From: Eledone cirrhosa
Taxonomy: Eukaryota
Direction of reading: 5' to 3'
Assembly: GCA_964016885.1 (NCBI GenBank)
Contig: OZ024758.1
Span: 33,728,001 to 33,792,000, forward strand
Length of the DNA: 64,000 bases
Shown: one piece after another, positions 12,301 through 27,179 of the stretch
Position numbering within the stretch: the stretch's first letter is position 1
How the letters are laid out: every line of letters begins with the position of its first letter
Notes under the pieces: generated by a model
What the model saw: the letters and a program-made list of their open reading frames with translations, nothing else
What the model was told of the DNA's origin: nothing
Database searches by the model: none
Position numbers and translations under genes: made by a program

Positions 12301-15300
12301 GGAACTCCACTGTTGGTGAGAATTCATTTAAGTTCATGGTACTAGCTGTCAGAAGTAACTCCACTGTTGGTGAGAATTCATTTAAGTTCATGGTATTACT
12401 TTGTCAGAAGTAACTCCACTGTTGGTGAGAATTCATTTAAGTCATGGTATTAGTTGTCAGAAGTAACTCCAATGTTGGTGAGAATTCATTTAAGTCATGG
12501 TACTAGCTGTCAGAAGTAACTCCAATGTTGGTGAGAATTCATTTAAGTTCATGGTATTAGCTGTCATAAGGAACTCCACTGTTGGTGAGAATTCATTTAA
12601 GTTCATGGTATTAGCTGTCAGAAGTAACTCCACTGTTGGTGAGAATTCATTTAAGTTCATGGTATTAGCTGTCAGAAGTAACTACAATGTTGGTGAGAAT
12701 TCATTTAAGTTCATGGTATTAGCTGTCAGAAGTAACTCCACTGTTGGTGAGAATTCATTTAAGTCATGGTATTAGCTGTCAGAAGTAACTCCAATGTTGG
12801 TGAGAATTCATTTAAGTTCATGGTATTAGCTGTCAGAAGTAACTCCACTGTTGGTGAGAATTCATTTAAGTTCATGGTATTAGCTGTCAGAAGTAACTCC
12901 AATGTTGGTGAGAATTCATTTATGTCATGGTATTAGTTGTCAGAAGTAACTCCAATGTTGGTGAGAATTCATTTAAGTTCATGGTACTAGCTGTCAGAAG
13001 TAACTCCACTGTTGGTGAGAATTCATTTAAGTTCATGGTATTAGCTGTCAGAAGTAACTCCACTGTTGGTGAGAATTCATTTAAGTCATGGTATAAGCTG
13101 TCAGAAGTAACTCCATTGTTGGTGAGAATTCATTTAAGTCATGGTACTAGCTGTCAGAAGTAACTCCACTGTTGGTGAGAATTCATTTAAGTTCATGGTA
13201 TTAGCTGTCAGAAGGAACTCCACTGTTGGTGAGAATTCATTTAAGTTCATGGTACTAGCTGTCAGAAGTAACTCCACTGTTGGTGAGAATTCATTTAAGT
13301 TCATGGTATTAGTTTGTCAGAAGTAACTCCACTGTTGGTGAGAATTCATTTAAGTTCATGGTATTAGCTGTCAGAAGTAACTCCACTGTTGGTGAGAATT
13401 CATTTAAGTTCATGGTATTAGCTGTCAGAAGTAACTCCACTGTTGGTGAGAATTCATTTAAGTTCATGGTATTAGCTGTCAGAAGGAACTCCAATGTTGG
13501 TGAGAATTCATTTAAGTCATGGTACTAGCTGTCAGAAGTAACTCCACTGTTGGTGAGAATTCATTTAAGTTCATGGTATTAGCTGTCAGAAGGAACGCCA
13601 CTGTTTGTGAGAATTCATTTAAGTTCATGGTATTAGCTGTCAGAAGTAACTCCACTGTTGGTGAGAATTCATTTAAGTCATGGTATTAGTTGTCAGAAGT
13701 AACTCCAATGTTGGTGAGAATTCATTTAAGTTCATGGTATTAGCTGTCAGAAGTAACTCCACTGTTGGTGAGAATTCATTTAAGTTCATGGTATTAGCTG
13801 TCAGAAGGAACTCCAATGTTGGTGAGAATTCATTTAAGTCATGGTACTAGCTGTCAGAAGTAACTCCACTGTTGGTGAGAATTCATTTAAGTTCATGGTA
13901 TTAGCTGTCAGAAGGAACGCCACTGTTGGTGAGAATTCATTTAAGTTCATGGTATTAGCTGTCAGAAGTAACTCCACTGTTGGTGAGAATTCATTTAAGT
14001 TCATGGTACTAGCTGTCAGAAGTAACTCCAATGTTGGTGAGAATTCATTTAAGTTCATGGTATTAGCTGTCAGAAGTAACTCCACTGTTGGTGAGAATTC
14101 ATTTAAGTTCATGGTATTAGCTGTCAGAAGTAACTCAACTGTTGGTGAGAATTCATTTAAGTTCATGGTACTAGCTGTCAGAAGTAACTCCAATGTTGGT
14201 GAGAATTCATTTAAGTTCATGGTATTAGCTGTCAGAAGTAACTCCACTGTTGGTGAGAATTCATTTAAGTCATGGTATTAGCTGTCAGAAGTAACTCCAA
14301 TGTTGGTGAGAATTCATTTAAGTTCATGGTATTAGCTGTCAGAAGTAACTCCACTGTTGGTGAGAATTCATTTAAGTTCATGGTATTAGCTGTCAGAAGT
14401 AACTCCACTGTTGGTGAGAATTCATTTAAGTTCATGGTATTAGCTGTCAGAAGGAACTCCACTGTTGGTGAGAATTCATTGAAGTTCATGGTACTAGCTG
14501 TCAGAAGTAACTCCACTGTTGGTGAGAATTCATTTAAGTTCATGGTATTAGCTGTCAGAAGTAACTCCACTGTTGGTGAGAATTCATTTAAGTTCATGGT
14601 ATTAGCTGTCAGAAGTAACTCCACTGTTGGTGAGAATTCATTTAAGTTCATGGTACTAGCTGTCAGAAGTAACTCCACTGTTGGTGAGAATTCATTTAAG
14701 TTCATGGTATTAGCTTGTCAGAAGTAACTCCACTGTTGGTGAGAATTCATTTAAGTCATGGTATTAGTTGTCAGAAGTAACTCCAATGTTGGTGAGAATT
14801 CATTTAAGTTCATGGTACTAGCTGTCAGAAGTAACTCCACTGTTGGTGAGAATTCATTTAAGTTCATGGTATTAGCTGTCAGAAGTAACTCCACTGTTGG
14901 TGAGAATTCATTTAAGTCATGGTATTAGCTGTCAGAAGTAACTCCATTGTTGGTGAGAATTCATTTAAGTCATGGTACTAGCTGTCAGAAGTAACTCCAC
15001 TGTTGGTGAGAATTCATTTAAGTTCATGGTATTAGCTGTCAGAAGGAACGCCACTGTTGGTGAGAATTCATTTAAGTTCATGGTATTAGCTGTCAGAAGT
15101 AACTCCACTGTTGGTGAGAATTCATTAGAGTTCATGGTACTAGCTGTCAGAAGTAACTCCAATGTTGGTGAGAATTCATTTAAGTTCATGGTATTAGCTG
15201 TCAGAAGGAACTCCACTGTTGGTGAGAATTCATTTAAGTTCATGGTACTAGCTGTCAGAAGTAACTCCACTGTTGGTGAGAATTCATTTAAGTTCATGGT

Positions 15301-18300
15301 ATTACTTTGTCAGAAGTAACTCCACTGTTGGTGAGAATTCATTTAAGTCATGGTATTAGTTGTCAGAAGTAACTCCAATGTTGGTGAGAATTCATTTAAG
15401 TCATGGTACTAGCTGTCAGAAGTAACTCCAATGTTGGTGAGAATTCATTTAAGTTCATGGTATTAGCTGTCATAAGGAACTCCACTGTTGGTGAGAATTC
15501 ATTTAAGTTCATGGTATTAGCTGTCAGAAGTAACTCCACTGTTGGTGAGAATTCATTTAAGTTCATGGTATTAGCTGTCAGAAGTAACTACAATGTTGGT
15601 GAGAATTCATTTAAGTTCATGGTATTAGCTGTCAGAAGTAACTCCACTGTTGGTGAGAATTCATTTAAGTTCATGGTATTACTTTGCCAGAAGTAACTCC
15701 ACTGTTGGTGAGAATTCATTTAAGTCATGGTATTAGTTGTCAGAAGTAACTCCAATGTTGGTGAGAATTCATTTAAGTCATGGTACTAGCTGTCAGAAGT
15801 AACTCCAATGTTGGTGAGAATTCATTTAAGTTCATGCTATTAGCTGTCATAAGGAACTCCACTGTTGGTGAGAATTCATTTAAGTTCATGGTATTAGCTG
15901 TCAGAAGTAACTCCACTGTTGGTGAGAATTCATTTAAGTTCATGGTATTAGCTGTCAGAAGTAACTACAATGTTGGTGAGAATTCATTTAAGTTCATGGT
16001 ATTAGCTGTCAGAAGTAACTCCACTGTTGGTGAGAATTCATTTAAGTCATGGTATTAGCTGTCAGAAGTAACTCCAATGTTGGTGAGAATTCATTTAAGT
16101 TCATGGTATTAGCTGTCAGAAGTAACTCCACTGTTGGTGAGAATTCATTTAAGTTCATGGTATTAGCTGTCAGAAGTAACTCCAATGTTGGTGAGAATTC
16201 ATTTATGTCATGGTATTAGTTGTCAGAAGTAACTCCAATGTTGGTGAGAATTCATTTAAGTTCATGGTACTAGCTGTCAGAAGTAACTCCACTGTTGGTG
16301 AGAATTCATTTAAGTTCATGGTATTAGCTGTCAGAAGTAACTCCACTGTTGGTGAGAATTCATTTAAGTCATGGTATTAGCTGTCAGAAGTAACTCCATT
16401 GTTGGTGAGAATTCATTTAAGTCATGGTACTAGCTGTCAGAAGTAACTCCACTGTTGGTGAGAATTCATTTAAGTTCATGGTATTAGCTGTCAGAAGGAA
16501 CTCCACTGTTGGTGAGAATTCATTTAAGTTCATGGTACTAGCTGTCAGAAGTAACTCCACTGTTGGTGAGAATTCATTTAAGTTCATGGTATTAGTTTGT
16601 CAGAAGTAACTCCACTGTTGGTGAGAATTCATTTAAGTTCATGGTATTAGCTGTCAGAAGTAACTCCACTGTTGGTGAGAATTCATTTAAGTTCATGGTA
16701 TTAGCTGTCAGAAGTAACTCCACTGTTGGTGAGAATTCATTTAAGTTCATGGTATTAGCTGTCAGAAGGAACTCCAATGTTGGTGAGAATTCATTTAAGT
16801 CATGGTACTAGCTGTCAGAAGTAACTCCACTGTTGGTGAGAATTCATTTAAGTTCATGGTATTAGCTGTCAGAAGGAACGCCACTGTTTGTGAGAATTCA
16901 TTTAAGTTCATGGTATTAGCTGTCAGAAGTAACTCCACTGTTGGTGAGAATTCATTTAAGTCATGGTATTAGTTGTCAGAAGTAACTCCAATGTTGGTGA
17001 GAATTCATTTAAGTTCATGGTATTAGCTGTCAGAAGTAACTCCACTGTTGGTGAGAATTCATTTAAGTTCATGGTATTAGCTGTCAGAAGGAACTCCAAT
17101 GTGGGTGAGAATTCATTTAAGTCATGGTACTAGCTGTCAGAAGTAACTCCACTGTTGGTGAGAATTCATTTAAGTTCATGGTATTAGCTGTCAGAAGGAA
17201 CGCCACTGTTGGTGAGAATTCATTTAAGTTCATGGTATTAGCTGTCAGAAGTAACTCCACTGTTGGTGAGAATTCATTTAAGTTCATGGTACTAGCTGTC
17301 AGAAGTAACTCCACTGTTGGTGAGAATTCATTTAAATTCATGGTATTAGCTGTCAGAAGTCACTCCACTGTTGGTGAGAATTCATTTAAGTTCATGGTAC
17401 TAGCTGTCAGAGGTAACCCCAATGTTGGTGAGAATTCATTTAAGTTCATGGTATTAGCTGTCAGAAGTCACTCCAATGTTGGTGAGAATTCATTTAAGTT
17501 CATGGTATTAGCTGTCAGAAGTAACTCCACTGTTGGTGAGAATTCATTTAAGTTCATGGTATTAGCTGTCAGAAGTAACTCCACTGTTGGTGAGAATTCA
17601 TTTAAGTTCATGGTATTAGCTGTCAGAAGTAACTCCACTGTTGGTGAGAATTCATTTAAGTTCATGGTATTAGCTGTCAGAAGTAACTCCAATGTTGGTG
17701 AGAATTCATTTATGTCATGGTATTAGTTGTCAGAAGTAACTCCAATGTTGGTGAGAATTCATTTAAGTTCATGGTACTAGCTGTCAGAAGTAACTCCACT
17801 GTTGGTGAGAATTCATTTAAGTTCATGGTATTAGCTGTCAGAAGTAACTCCACTGTTGGTGAGAATTCATTTAAGTCATGGTATTAGCTGTCAGAAGTAA
17901 CTCCATTGTTGGTGAGAATTCATTTAAGTCATGGTACTAGCTGTCAGAAGTAACTCCACTGTTGGTGAGAATTCATTTAAGTTCATGGTATTAGCTGTCA
18001 GAAGGAACTCCACTGTTGGTGAGAATTCATTTAAGTTCATGGTACTAGCTGTCAGAAGTAACTCCACTGTTGGTGAGAATTCATTTAAGTTCATGGTATT
18101 AGTTTGTCAGAAGTAACTCCACTGTTGGTGAGAATTCATTTAAGTTCATGGTATTAGCTGTCAGAAGTAACTCCACTGTTGGTGAGAATTCATTTAAGTT
18201 CATGGTATTAGCTGTCAGAAGTAACTCCACTGTTGGTGAGAATTCATTTAAGTTCATGGTATTAGCTGTCAGAAGGAACTCCAATGTTGGTGAGAATTCA

Positions 18301-21300
18301 TTTAAGTCATGGTACTAGCTGTCAGAAGTAACTCCACTGTTGGTGAGAATTCATTTAAGTTCATGGTATTAGCTGTCAGAAGGAACGCCACTGTTTGTGA
18401 GAATTCATTTAAGTTCATGGTATTAGCTGTCAGAAGTAACTCCACTGTTGGTGAGAATTCATTTAAGTCATGGTATTAGTTGTCAGAAGTAACTCCAATG
18501 TTGGTGAGAATTCATTTAAGTTCATGGTATTAGCTGTCAGAAGTAACTCCACTGTTGGTGAGAATTCATTTAAGTTCATGGTATTAGCTGTCAGAAGGAA
18601 CTCCAATGTGGGTGAGAATTCATTTAAGTCATGGTACTAGCTGTCAGAAGTAACTCCACTGTTGGTGAGAATTCATTTAAGTTCATGGTATTAGCTGTCA
18701 GAAGGAACGCCACTGTTGGTGAGAATTCATTTAAGTTCATGGTATTAGCTGTCAGAAGTAACTCCACTGTTGGTGAGAATTCATTTAAGTTCATGGTACT
18801 AGCTGTCAGAAGTAACTCCACTGTTGGTGAGAATTCATTTAAATTCATGGTATTAGCTGTCAGAAGTCACTCCACTGTTGGTGAGAATTCATTTAAGTTC
18901 ATGGTACTAGCTGTCAGAGGTAACCCCAATGTTGGTGAGAATTCATTTAAGTTCATGGTATTAGCTGTCAGAAGTCACTCCAATGTTGGTGAGAATTCAT
19001 TTAAGTTCATGGTCTTAGCTGTCAGAAGTAACTCCACTGTTGGTGAGAATTCATTTAAGTTCATGGTATTAGCTGTCAGAAGTAACTCCACTGTTGGTGA
19101 GAATTCATTTAAGTTCATGGTATTAGCTGTCAGAAGTAACTCCACTGTTGGTGAGAATTCATTTAAGTTCATGGTATTAGCTGTCAGAAGGAACTCCAAT
19201 GTTGGTGAGAATTCATTTAAGTCATGGTACTAGCTGTCAGAAGTAACTCCACTGTTGGTGAGAATTCATTTAAGTTCATGGTACTAGCTGTCAGAAGTAA
19301 CTCCAATGTTGGTGAGAATTCATTTAAGTTCATGGTATTAGCTGTCAGAAGGAACTCCACTGTTGGTGAGAATTCATTTAAGTTCATGGTATTAGCTGTC
19401 AGAAGTAACTCCACTGTTGGTGAGAATTCATTTAAGTTCATGGTACTAGTTGTCAGAAGTAACTCCACTGTTGGTGAGAATTCATTTAAGTTCATGGTAT
19501 TAGTTGTCAGAAGTAACTCCACTGTTGGTGAGAATTCATTTAAGTCATGGTATTAGCTGACAGAAGGAACTCCACTGTTGGTGAGAATTCATTTAAGTTC
19601 ATGGTACTAGCTGTCAGAAGTAACTCCACTGTTGGTGAGAATTCATTTAAGTTCATGGTATTACTTTGTCAGAAGTAACTCCACTGTTGGTGAGAATTCA
19701 TTTAAGTTCATGGTATTACTTTGTCAGAAGTAACTCCACTGTTGGTGAGAATTCATTTAAGTCATGGTATTAGTTGTCAGAAGTAACTCCAATGTTGGTG
19801 AGAATTCATTTAAGTCATGGTACTAGCTGTCAGAAGTAACTCCAATGTTGGTGAGAATTCATTTAAGTTCATGGTATTAGCTGTCATAAGGAACTCCACT
19901 GTTGGTGAGAATTCATTTAAGTTCATGGTATTAGCTGTCAGAAGTAACTCCACTGTTGGTGAGAATTCATTTAAGTTCATGGTATTAGCTGTCAGAAGTA
20001 ACTACAATGTTGGTGAGAATTCATTTAAGTTCATGGTATTAGCTGTCAGAAGTAACTCCGCTGTTGGTGAGAATTCATTTAAGTCATGGTATTAGCTGTC
20101 AGAAGTAACTCCAATGTTGGTGAGAATTCATTTAAGTTCATGGTATTAGCTGTCAGAAGTAACTCCACTGTTGGTGAGAATTCATTTAAGTTCATGGTAT
20201 TAGCTGTCAGAAGTAACTCCAATGTTGGTGAGAATTCATTTATGTCATGGTATTAGTTGTCAGAAGTAACTCCAATGTTGGTGAGAATTCATTTAAGTTC
20301 ATGGTACTAGCTGTCAGAAGTAACTCCACTGTTGGTGAGAATTCATTTAAGTTCATGGTATTAGCTGTCAGAAGTAACTCCACTGTTGGTGAGAATTCAT
20401 TTAAGTCATGGTATAAGCTGTCAGAAGTAACTCCATTGTTGGTGAGAATTCATTTAAGTCATGGTACTAGCTGTCAGAAGTAACTCCACTGTTGGTGAGA
20501 ATTCATTTAAGTTCATGGTATTAGCTGTCAGAAGGAACTCCACTGTTGGTGAGAATTCATTTAAGTTCATGGTACTAGCTGTCAGAAGTAACTCCACTGT
20601 TGGTGAGAATTCATTTAAGTTCATGGTATTAGTTTGTCAGAAGTAACTCCACTGTTGGTGAGAATTCATTTAAGTTCATGGTATTAGCTGTCAGAAGTAA
20701 CTCCACTGTTGGTGAGAATTCATTTAAGTTCATGGTATTAGCTGTCAGAAGTAACTCCACTGTTGGTGAGAATTCATTTAAGTTCATGGTATTAGCTGTC
20801 AGAAGGAACTCCAATGTTGGTGAGAATTCATTTAAGTCATGGTACTAGCTGTCAGAAGTAACTCCACTGTTGGTGAGAATTCATTTAAGTTCATGGTATT
20901 AGCTGTCAGAAGGAACGCCACTGTTTGTGAGAATTCATTTAAGTTCATGGTATTAGCTGTCAGAAGTAACTCCACTGTTGGTGAGAATTCATTTAAGTCA
21001 TGGTATTAGTTGTCAGAAGTAACTCCAATGTTGGTGAGAATTCATTTAAGTTCATGGTATTAGCTGTCAGAAGTAACTCCACTGTTGGTGAGAATTCATT
21101 TAAGTTCATGGTATTAGCTGTCAGAAGGAACTCCAATGTTGGTGAGAATTCATTTAAGTCATGGTACTAGCTGTCAGAAGTAACTCCACTGTTGGTGAGA
21201 ATTCATTTAAGTTCATGGTATTAGCTGTCAGAAGGAACGCCACTGTTGGTGAGAATTCATTTAAGTTCATGGTATTAGCTGTCAGAAGTAACTCCACTGT

Positions 21301-22560
21301 TGGTGAGAATTCATTTAAGTTCATGGTACTAGCTGTCAGAAGTAACTCCAATGTTGGTGAGAATTCATTTAAGTTCATGGTATTAGCTGTCAGAAGTAAC
21401 TCCACTGTTGGTGAGAATTCATTTAAGTTCATGGTATTAGCTGTCAGAAGTAACTCAACTGTTGGTGAGAATTCATTTAAGTTCATGGTACTAGCTGTCA
21501 GAAGTAACTCCAATGTTGGTGAGAATTCATTTAAGTTCATGGTATTAGCTGTCAGAAGTAACTCCACTGTTGGTGAGAATTCATTTAAGTCATGGTATTA
21601 GCTGTCAGAAGTAACTCCAATGTTGGTGAGAATTCATTTAAGTTCATGGTATTAGCTGTCAGAAGTAACTCCACTGTTGGTGAGAATTCATTTAAGTTCA
21701 TGGTATTAGCTGTCAGAAGTAACTCCACTGTTGGTGAGAATTCATTTAAGTTCATGGTATTAGCTGTCAGAAGGAACTCCACTGTTGGTGAGAATTCATT
21801 GAAGTTCATGGTACTAGCTGTCAGAAGTAACTCCACTGTTGGTGAGAATTCATTTAAGTTCATGGTATTAGCTGTCAGAAGTAACTCCACTGTTGGTGAG
21901 AATTCATTTAAGTTCATGGTATTAGCTGTCAGAAGTAACTCCACTGTTGGTGAGAATTCATTTAAGTTCATGGTACTAGCTGTCAGAAGTAACTCCACTG
22001 TTGGTGAGAATTCATTTAAGTTCATGGTATTAGCTTGTCAGAAGTAACTCCACTGTTGGTGAGAATTCATTTAAGTCATGGTATTAGTTGTCAGAAGTAA
22101 CTCCAATGTTGGTGAGAATTCATTTAAGTTCATGGTACTAGCTGTCAGAAGTAACTCCACTGTTGGTGAGAATTCATTTAAGTTCATGGTATTAGCTGTC
22201 AGAAGTAACTCCACTGTTGGTGAGAATTCATTTAAGTCATGGTATTAGCTGTCAGAAGTAACTCCATTGTTGGTGAGAATTCATTTAAGTCATGGTACTA
22301 GCTGTCAGAAGTAACTCCACTGTTGGTGAGAATTCATTTAAGTTCATGGTATTAGCTGTCAGAAGGAACGCCACTGTTGGTGAGAATTCATTTAAGTTCA
22401 TGGTATTAGCTGTCAGAAGTAACTCCACTGTTGGTGAGAATTCATTAGAGTTCATGGTACTAGCTGTCAGAAGTAACTCCAATGTTGGTGAGAATTCATT
22501 TAAGTTCATGGTATTAGCTGTCAGAAGGAACTCCACTGTTGGTGAGAATTCATTTAAGTT
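9340..22560. repeat. Higher-order tandem duplication, 5865-bp unit (109 monomers); second copy expanded by an internal 1507-bp duplication
   Basis: Offset 5865 for ORF starts 9538/15403, 9915/15780, 10559/16424, 11259/17124. Offset then becomes 7372 (=5865+1507) for 11852/19224, and 7320 for 12497/19817 through 14972/22292. Confidence 0.9.
16100..19150. repeat. 1507-bp (28-monomer) tandem duplication nested in the second 5865-bp copy
   Basis: ORF starts 16424/17931 and 17124/18631; TTTATG marker at 16202/17709; private variant GTGGGT at 17101/18608. Confidence 0.9.
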
Positions 22561-25500
22561 CATGGTATTAGCTGTCAGAAGTAACTCCACTGTTGGTGAA
22601 AATTCATTTAAGTACATGGTACTAGTTGTCAGAAGTAACTCCACTGTTGGTGAGAATTCATTTAAGTTCATGGTATTAGTTGTCAGAAGTAACTCCACTG
22701 TTGGTGAGAATTCATTTAAGTCATGGTATTAGTTGTCAGAAGTAACTCCAATGTTGGTGAGAATTCATTTAAGTTCATGGTACTAGCTGTCAGAAGTAAC
22801 TCCACTGTTGGTGAGAATTCATTTAAGTCATGGTATTAGCTGTCAGAAGTAACTCCATTGTTGGTGAGAATTCATTTAAGTCATGGTACTAGCTGTCAGA
22901 AGTAACTCCACTGTTGGTGTGAATTCATTTAAGTTCATGGTATTAGCTGACAGAAGGAACTCCACTGTTGGTGAGAATTCATTTAAGTTCATGGTATTAG
23001 CTGTCAGAAGTAACTCCACTGTTGGTGAGAATTCATTTAAGTCATGGTATTAGCTGTCAGAAGTAACTCCAATCTTGGTGAGAATTCATTTAAGTTCATG
23101 GTATTAGCTGTCAGAAGTAACTCCACTGTTGGTGAGAATTCATTTAAGTTCATGGTATTAGCTGTCAGAAGTAACTCCAATGTTGGTGAGAATTCGTTTA
23201 TGTCATGGTATTAGTTGTCAGAAGTAACTCCAATGTTGGTGAGAATTCATTTAAGTTCATGGTACTAGCTGTCAGAAGTAACTCCACTGTTGGTGAGAAT
23301 TCATTTAAGTTCATGGTATTAGCTGTCAGAAGTAACTCCACTGTTGGTGAGAATTCATTTAAGTCATGGTATTAGCTGTCAGAAGTAACTCCATTGTTGG
23401 TGAGAATTCATTTAAGTCATGGTACTAGCTGTCAGAAGTAACTCCACTGTTGGTGAGAATTCATTTAAGTTCATGGTATTAGCTGTCAGAAGGAACTCCA
23501 CTGTTGGTGAGAATTCATTTAAGTTCATGGTACTAGCTGTCAGAAGTAACTCCACTGTTGGTGAGAATTCATTTAAGTTCATGGTATTAGTTTGTCAGAA
23601 GTAACTCCACTGTTGGTGAGAATTCATTTAAGTTCATGGTATTAGCTGTCAGAAGTAACTCCACTGTTGGTGAGAATTCATTTAAGTTCATGGTATTAGC
23701 TGTCAGAAGTAACTCCACTGTTGGTGAGAATTCATTTAAGTTCATGGTATTAGCTGTCAGAAGGAACTCCAATGTTGGTGAGAATTCATTTAAGTCATGG
23801 TACTAGCTGTCAGAAGTAACTCCACTGTTGGTGAGAATTCATTTAAGTTCATGGTATTAGCTGTCAGAAGGAACGCCACTGTTTGTGAGAATTCATTTAA
23901 GTTCATGGTATTAGCTGTCAGAAGTAACTCCACTGTTGGTGAGAATTCATTTAAGTCATGGTATTAGTTGTCAGAAGTAACTCCAATGTTGGTGAGAATT
24001 CATTTAAGTTCATGGTATTAGCTGTCAGAAGTAACTCCACTGTTGGTGAGAATTCATTTAAGTTCATGGTATTAGCTGTCAGAAGGAACTCCAATGTTGG
24101 TGAGAATTCATTTAAGTCATGGTACTAGCTGTCAGAAGTAACTCCACTGTTGGTGAGAATTCATTTAAGTTCATGGTATTAGCTGTCAGAAGGAACGCCA
24201 CTGTTGGTGAGAATTCATTTAAGTTCATGGTATTAGCTGTCAGAAGTAACTCCACTGTTGGTGAGAATTCATTTAAGTTCATGGTACTAGCTGTCAGAAG
24301 TAACTCCAATGTTGGTGAGAATTCATTTAAGTTCATGGTATTAGCTGTCAGAAGTAACTCCACTGTTGGTGAGAATTCATTTAATTTCATGGTATTAGCT
24401 GTCAGAAGTAACTCAACTGTTGGTGAGAATTCATTTAAGTTCATGGTACTAGCTGTCAGAAGTAACTCCAATGTTGGTGAGAATTCATTTAAGTTCATGG
24501 TATTAGCTGTCAGAAGTAACTCCACTGTTGGTGAGAATTCATTTAAGTCATGGTATTAGCTGTCAGAAGTAACTCCAATGTTGGTGAGAATTCATTTAAG
24601 TTCATGGTATTAGCTGTCAGAAGTAACTCCACTGTTGGTGAGAATTCATTTAAGTTCATGGTATTAGCTGTCAGAAGTAACTCCACTGTTGGTGAGAATT
24701 CATTTAAGTTCATGGTATTAGCTGTCAGAAGGAACTCCACTGTTGGTGAGAATTCATTGAAGTTCATGGTACTAGCTGTCAGAAGTAACTCCACTGTTGG
24801 TGAGAATTCATTTAAGTTCATGGTATTAGCTGTCAGAAGTAACTCCACTGTTGGTGAGAATTCATTTAAGTTCATGGTATTAGCTGTCAGAAGTAACTCC
24901 ACTGTTGGTGAGAATTCATTTAAGTTCATGGTACTAGCTGTCAGAAGTAACTCCACTGTTGGTGAGAATTCATTTAAGTTCATGGTATTAGCTTGTCAGA
25001 AGTAACTCCACTGTTGGTGAGAATTCATTTAAGTCATGGTATTAGTTGTCAGAAGTAACTCCAATGATGGTGAGAATTCATTTAAGTTCATGGTACTAGC
25101 TGTCAGAAGTAACTCCACTGTTGGTGAGAATTCATTTAAGTTCATGGCATTAGCTGTCAGAAGTAACTCCACTGTTGGTGAGAATTCATTTAAGTCATGG
25201 TATTAGCTGTCAGAAGTAACTCCATTGTTGGTGAGAATTCATTTAAGTCATGGTACTAGCTGTCAGAAGTAACTCCACTGTTGGTGAGAATTCATTTAAG
25301 TTCATGGTATTAGCTGTCAGAAGGAACGCCACTGTTGGTGAGAATTCATTTAAGTTCATGGTATTAGCTGTCAGAAGTAACTCCACTGTTGGTGAGAATT
25401 CATTAGAGTTCATGGTACTAGCTGTCAGAAGTAACTCCAATGTTGGTGAGAATTCATTTAAGTTCATGGTATTAGCTGTCAGAAGGAACTCCACTGTTGG

Positions 25501-26750
25501 TGAGAATTCATTTAAGTTCATGGTATTAGCTGTCAGAAGTAACTCCACTGTTGGTGAAAATTCATTTAAGTACATGGTACTAGTTGTCAGAAGTAACTCC
25601 ACTGTTGGTGAGAATTCATTTAAGTTCATGGTATTAGTTGTCAGAAGTAACTCCACTGTTGGTGAGAATTCATTTAAGTCATGGTATTAGTTGTCAGAAG
25701 TAACTCCAATGTTGGTGAGAATTCATTTAAGTTCATGGTACTAGCTGTCAGAAGTAACTCCACTGTTGGTGAGAATTCATTTAAGTCATGGTATTAGCTG
25801 TCAGAAGTAACTCCATTGTTGGTGAGAATTCATTTAAGTCATGGTACTAGCTGTCAGAAGTAACTCCACTGTTGGTGTGAATTCATTTAAGTTCATGGTA
25901 TTAGCTGACAGAAGGAACTCCACTGTTGGTGAGAATTCATTTAAGTTCATGGTATTAGCTGTCAGAAGTAACTCCACTGTTGGTGAGAATTCATTTAAGT
26001 CATGGTATTAGCTGTCAGAAGTAACTCCAATCTTGGTGAGAATTCATTTAAGTTCATGGTATTAGCTGTCAGAAGTAACTCCACTGTTGGTGAGAATTCA
26101 TTTAAGTTCATGGTATTAGCTGTCAGAAGTAACTCCAATGTTGGTGAGAATTCATTTATGTCATGGTATTAGTTGTCAGAAGTAACTCCAATGTTGGTGA
26201 GAATTCATTTAAGTTCATGGTACTAGCTGTCAGAAGTAACTCCACTGTTGGTGAGAATTCATTTAAGTTCATGGTATTAGCTGTCAGAAGTAACTCCACT
26301 GTTGGTGAGAATTCATTTAAGTCATGGTATTAGCTGTCAGAAGTAACTCCATTGTTGGTGAGAATTCATTTAAGTCATGGTACTAGCTGTCAGAAGTAAC
26401 TCCACTGTTGGTGAGAATTCATTTAAGTTCATGGTATTAGCTGTCAGAAGGAACTCCACTGTTGGTGAGAATTCATTTAAGTTCATGGTACTAGCTGTCA
26501 GAAGTAACTCCACTGTTGGTGAGAATTCATTTAAGTTCATGGTATTAGTTTGTCAGAAGTAACTCCACTGTTGGTGAGAATTCATTTAAGTTCATGGTAT
26601 TAGCTGTCAGAAGTAACTCCACTGTTGGTGAGAATTCATTTAAGTTCATGGTATTAGCTGTCAGAAGTAACTCCACTGTTGGTGAGAATTCATTTAAGTT
26701 CATGGTATTAGCTGTCAGAAGGAACTCCAATGTTGGTGAGAATTCATTTA
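20090..26750. repeat. Higher-order tandem duplication, 2958-bp unit (55 monomers), about 2.2 copies
   Basis: ORF starts 20461/23419/26377, 21161/24119, 21592/24550, 22292/25250. Markers AATCTTGG near 23071/26029 and TGAAAATTC...AAGTACATG near 22597/25555. Confidence 0.9.
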
Positions 26751-27179
26751 AGTCATGGTACGAGCTGTCAGAAGTAACTCCACTGTTGGTGAGAATTCAT
26801 TTAAGTTCATCGTATTAGCTGTCAGAAGGAACGCCACTGTTTGTGAGAATTCATTTAAGTTCATGGTATTAGCTGTCAGAAGGAACTCCAATGTTTGTGA
26901 GAATTCATTTAAGTTCATGGTATTAGCTGTCAGAAGTAACTCCACTGTTGGTGAGAATTCATTTAAGTCGTGGTATTAGTTGTCAGAAGTAACTCCAATG
27001 TTGGTGAGAATTCATTTAAGTTCATGGTATTAGCTGTCAGAAGGAACTCCAATGTTGGTGAGAATTCATTTAAGTCATGGTACTAGCTGTCAGAAGTAAC
27101 TCCACTGTTGGTGAGAATTCATTTAAGTTCATGGTATTAGCTGTCAGAAGGAACGCCACTGTTGGTGAGAATTCATTTA

